A stretch of 64,000 nt of DNA. It comes from Amoebidium appalachense. Taxonomy: Eukaryota > Protista > Ichthyosporea. The position numbers and the translations under genes are program-made. The notes under the pieces are model-generated. The model searched no databases. It was not told where the DNA came from and saw only the letters and a program-made list of their open reading frames with translations. Below, piece by piece: positions 59,741 to 64,000 of this stretch (position 1 is its first letter; every line of letters begins with the position of its first letter). The stretch lies in NCBI GenBank assembly GCA_963693365.1, contig CAVNZM010000005.1, forward strand, positions 12,919,728 to 12,983,727. The letters run 5' to 3'.

Positions 59741-60648
59741 GGGTGTTGTTTTGCTTGTCATTTGTTGTTCTGGTTGATTACCTGTAATCTTCACTTATTT
59801 ATGTGTGTGTTTGTGTATGTATGTAGTGCGGGGTTGCACACCGGTGTCTACTTTTCTTCCTACTGTTTTTCTCTCCACACACTTCAACTGTCCACTTCTG
59901 CATACCCCCTCTCATAGCTAAAGACACACTTCACACATTGCGTTACGCGCACGCATGCGTTACGCGCACGCATGCACACACCGCTCTGTTGGCGACAGCT
60001 CCGTTGGAACCCATGTGGCATGTTACCCGCCGGCGTAACATAACTCGGACTATTGGTTTGGCTTTTTTCAAGCCCAAAGCAATGGGTGATACCATATTTC
60101 CGGCTGACATCCGGGGGCATAGCTTTGCGTTCGAAGACGTTAACGTTCCGCGGCCCTAGTAAGCGTGTTACTACCCTGCGGCGTGGGTCAAATCTCATAT
60201 TTTCCCCTCTGATAGCGAATTCTGCGGCCTTCGGGACTTCATTCTTTTCAGCTGGTGTAGTATGTTAGCCGGGAAGTATCGACTTAGGTAGCGACGGGGG
60301 AGCTTCCTAGAAGCCCCGTCTCCTGAGTTCCTGTCTATATTTTTCTTGCTTCTGCTTACTGCTGCAACTTTAATTACCCCCGGCCTTTCCCACCGCCCTT
60401 GCCTGCATAAGCAACCCTGCTCGTCTCTGATCAAGACGGGTGACCTACCCATGTTCAAGTGAAACAGTATCTGAGTTGGGTTTCGTTAATGAGGTGAATA
60501 GGTCGAAACTCGGGTACTGTGGATGACGTGCCCCCCCCCCCCCCCTGAGGATGGGCTCTGCTTATTATGCATACTCTTTATGTATGACTTGCATTCTGCA
60601 TCGGGTTATCCGTTTGTTCTTGTGCACTTTGTACTTTTTGACGCATCT
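58340..60648 (+). mobile_element. Decayed, 5'-truncated Penelope-like retroelement: frameshifted RT at ~58360-59505 plus 3' non-coding region
   Basis: Motifs across three frames: FVVTTMDKASNTFVIVCKKHY; KKHKTPPTFRFIANSSATSLEPLSRLLT; FDFSTLYTKID; YKQDIGIPMGTNCAVFLANFYLFTYE; RRCTDDL (degenerate RYxDD); LYPK; YLDL; IYNKLD..F..IVRFP. These are characteristic of PLE RTs. No endonuclease is visible. Confidence 0.9.
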
Positions 60649-60651
60649 CCC

Positions 60652-60684
<33 letters not shown>

Positions 60685-61200
60685 ACCTTCCCCTCCCCCC
60701 CCCCCCCCCCGGAAATCTGCTGCTGCTTTCCATGATGCTGTTGCATGTGTGGTGTAGCAAAAGGTCTAATCGATGACTCTCCTCACGTTTTGACCGTCGT
60801 GAACCTCGGCACACCGTGGATGGTCTTGGCTCTCCCACACAATACACGGCACCACTGTGGGCTTCTTCGATCGAATTCGGTTTCAGTAAGATGGCTCAGA
60901 GTCGCGGTGCCAGGAACCGTGCTGCCCCCGTGGTCTCCCCCCTCCCCCCCTCCCCCCCCCCCCCCCCCCCCCCCCCCACTCTCCCTCCCTCCCTAGATCC
61001 CGGCCCTCAATCGGCCACACACACACACACACTGCCTTCCGATCGATACATGTACACACCCACCCACACACACATTTACAAGGCCCGCGGCCGGTGGGCT
61101 CGAGCTCCTCGATGACCCGGCCAGGGAACGAGGAATGACACCAGCATTCCTTCCGGAGGACTCGAGTGGCACTGCAGCTGCAATGGTAGCTGCTTGAAAG

Positions 61201-62058
61201 GCTGGCATGCATAGCGATATTAGCTAATATATATATAACCCTAACTCTATGTAGGAGCCACTGGTGCAAGTGAGGTCCGACAGTGCATATGCATGTTCAT
61301 GTTGCCTGTGGCACATAGGATGCAGCTGGCACACCATTTGAATGCGCTCGGAATAGTGGGCACCTGGCTGCACCAGACAGGCAGCCTAGGTGGCCTGCCA
61401 CGGTGAATCTGGTAAGCATGAACTAGGCCTCAACTACATGTCCGACGTATGCACCAGGCAACACAAGTTACAGCTAGAGGCAGTCTGCAAGGCCCGGGGC
61501 CACACCACACACCGTGTCCCCCAATTCTGGCATTTCAGATATCTTGATAACTGCAGGAAAAAGTTGCCAGTCACCCTGGCATGCTGGCACGTACTGACTG
61601 TGCCCTATAGCCTATGTACGCAACCACAGTGTTGATCGACGCTGGTCAAGGGCAGGTGAGTCACGTGATCAGCCGCTCTCCGTGGTTTCGGGCCTTGAAA
61701 AATAAGAGCTCGTAGGTAAGGGGCCGGATAGACTGCAGCTGACATGTCAAGTAGTCACGGAAGTACAAGCCCTTAGCAGCCTCTGTATGGTAGCTGCAGC
61801 CACCTCAGCAGGCCACACGGAGGGCAGCAGGGATCCTCTCGAGGCTCGGCGTGTACCACGGGAGTCTGTTAGTACGGTGCACAGACAACAGAGCAAGTTC
61901 ATGATCAGCTCTGAACTACGTAAAACTCCCTGTAGGGTTGCGATGGGCTTGGCAGTACTAATAGAAATCTAGCCTAGGCTTCCGACTTATAGCAACTCTA
62001 TAGATGGCCACGCATTCGGTCAGACCCCGTTTGTCAAAGAACTAGGCTTCTTATACGA
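61201..62058 (+). ncRNA. Candidate telomerase RNA (TR/TERC), H/ACA type
   Basis: P1 61201-61210 pairs with 61579-61588; hairpin 61212-61230; template TAACCCTAAC 61236-61245; long stem 61245-61479; pseudoknot 61480-61570; long arm 61762-61959 carrying a three-way junction at 61860-61930; box H ATAGAA 61961-61966; 3' stem AGCCTAG/CTAGGCT (61971-61977/62042-62048); ATA box 62053-62055. No credible ORF. Ends are approximate. Confidence 0.62.
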
Positions 62059-62659
62059 TTTTAATGGTGAATTGCCCATGTTACACAGGGACACTGTTAC
62101 AAACGACTGCTTCTGTTGGTGCCTTCGAGCTTTGGCTTTTATCCGCCGTTGCCCCCCAACACAGGGCTGCACCGCAGCTTGTGCCGGTGGGGTGTGGCCA
62201 CAGGACCAGCCTGCGGATTATATGTGCTGCCGGGCAGCTGAGGCCTAAGTTACAAGTCTTGAATGAGTGTGTGTTATAAAACAATCCACCGTGCTTGTCC
62301 TTGCCTAAAATACATATGCGCTCAGCCTAGACAGGTTGAAGCCGAAAATAGAGAGAAAGGTAATCACGGGAAATGCATAAGAATAGGGACGTTAAAGGTT
62401 CCAGATAACATATTTATAGGCTCTTGCTTGTGCTGGCTTTAGAGTTCGACCCAGAACTTGCGTCTTGCGTTGGCCACTTCGTTGATGTTGCCTGTAAGGG
62501 AACAATAAAACAGTCAGCAAACTGCAACTGATACTTGCTCAGAAACGGGCAACCACCAGCAACAAATCCCCATTCTTCTCTTGCACTTCCCGTCAGCCTA
62601 CCTTCCCTTCTCCCTCAGCCACACACACTAGCACACATAGACACCACTATTGAGTTTGC

Positions 62660-63469
62660 TTAAATAACTTGGTACCCACCTAGTGCCAGGGCATCGGGCA
62701 GAGCAAACAGGGCGGTGGAGAAGAAAGGGCAGTTGGCGGTGCCCCGGCCGTCATACTGGATGGTGGTGCAGGTCAGCAGCGGGCTGACCGGGAACACGGT
62801 CTGCCACTCCCCGCCCACACACACCTCCATGCTGGTGCGTGTGGCTGTGCAGCGCGAGGTCCCCTCAGCATACTGGGCGCCGTTTGTCAGCACACAGCGC
62901 ACGGGGCTCTTGACGACTCTGTAGAGGGCCACGCAGGACAGGTCCAGCACGGGCTGGGGCTCCGCCAGGCACGTGAAGATGCTCTCGTCGTTGGGGCACT
63001 TGTTGTCGTCGTAGCGGCAGATACCCCGCGCTACATAGGGGCAGTCCTGCGGGTTTGCGGCGTAGTGCGCACAGCCCGTGCACTTGCACCAGTAGGCGTT
63101 GACCTGCGCACTGACCGACCGCCAGCAGCCGTAGAACGACCCGTTGACCTGTGCTGACGTCACCGTGATGTTGGGAGCTGGGTCCAACGCCGTGGCCATG
63201 CTGGGCCGCCCGCGCGGCGCTGCAGGCTCGCCTACCTGCCCGTTTTGAGGGCCTGGAGGCTCGGCAGCAGCAGCGGCCACGTTCACCTGCTGAAGGGCAG
63301 GGCCGATGGTGATCACCTGGGCATTTTCAACAGCAGCCGGCTGCACCTGATCGACTAGAGGCTGCGTAACTTCTTGGGGCCGCACTCTCTGCCGTGCCCT
63401 GGTGACTGCAATCTGGCCGTGTGTGGTGTGCAGTGTCAACGCACCCAGTACTGCCAGCAGCCGGAACAT
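62660..63469 (-). CDS. Secreted Cys-rich protein of unknown function, intronless, 269 aa
   Basis: Clean ORF from ATG 63469 with GC-rich third positions. Signal-peptide-like MFRLLAVLGALTLHTTHG, a Q/A/P-rich linker and a C-terminal domain with 14 Cys. Family not recognised. Confidence 0.8.
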   Translation of the reverse strand: MFRLLAVLGALTLHTTHGQIAVTRARQRVRPQEVTQPLVDQVQPAAVENAQVITIGPALQQVNVAAAAAEPPGPQNGQVGEPAAPRGRPSMATALDPAPNITVTSAQVNGSFYGCWRSVSAQVNAYWCKCTGCAHYAANPQDCPYVARGICRYDDNKCPNDESIFTCLAEPQPVLDLSCVALYRVVKSPVRCVLTNGAQYAEGTSRCTATRTSMEVCVGGEWQTVFPVSPLLTCTTIQYDGRGTANCPFFSTALFALPDALALGGYQVI

Positions 63470-64000
63470 GCTGGCCTGAAGCACCACCGGTGGCCCGGCC
63501 GTGAATAGGCGTGTTGCGGAAAGAGAAGTGGATGTTCTGAACGACACTTGGACTAGTAAACTATTCAATGTGACTGCGTGACAGAGAGCCCGCAGAATGA
63601 AAGCAGAGGCTTTGTCTGGCTACGCAGATGTGACGTAGAATCTATCGATTCGTCCTGCTCGACTAATTCTCAAGTCCCTGTTAACAAGAGAGCAAAACTC
63701 TAAAAACTAGGTTGAACCGTCCGCTGCTCAGGCCCTCCAATAAACGCCCAAAATGACCTATATCTCAAAACTACACGTTTGTTGAAAATTATAACCCAGG
63801 GAATCTTGTAGTTGATTGTGAACCAAAAGAACGAAGCTCTATTGTAGTGACCCTATACGCCACCTCGAGTCACATGTGCTACAAAGAGAAAACTGCGGGG
63901 TTGAGCGAACGGCGGGGCGCCTTACCGGCACATTCCAACGCTATCTGTGCTAGCCAATCAGAGGCATTAGAAAAAAGTTTGGCAGTGCTTGTTGTTTTTA

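Overview
Intron-rich eukaryotic DNA packed with (CA)n, (CT)n and poly-G/poly-C tracts. The gene content (Churchill, a UBAP2L/Def1-like gene, a Penelope-like element resembling the Naiad/Chlamys clade) suggests an opisthokont, possibly a unicellular holozoan such as an ichthyosporean; this is inference only. Genes built by hand from GT-AG junctions and reading frame: the 3' part of a Q/P/Y-rich UBAP2L/Def1-like gene, ABCF3/GCN20, RPL35A, Churchill, an intronless bacterial-type acetylpolyamine amidohydrolase, an unknown membrane protein, a membrane-anchored ricin-B lectin, NAC-alpha and a secreted Cys-rich protein. Mobile DNA: a decayed Penelope-like RT with a second copy of its 3' region, a ~110-bp poly-C-flanked dispersed repeat, a TA-flanked MITE and a tandem/inverted array of a miniature copia-type LTR element with a half-tRNA(iMet) primer site. 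The main finding is a ~860-nt non-coding, heavily base-paired region at 61201-62058 with the ordered architecture of an animal-type telomerase RNA: P1, boundary hairpin, TAACCCTAAC template, pseudoknot, CR4/5-like three-way junction, box H and ACA-like box. Most ORFs in the supplied track are microsatellite artefacts, and sequence next to long homopolymers may be of low quality. All pairings and alignments were read by eye.
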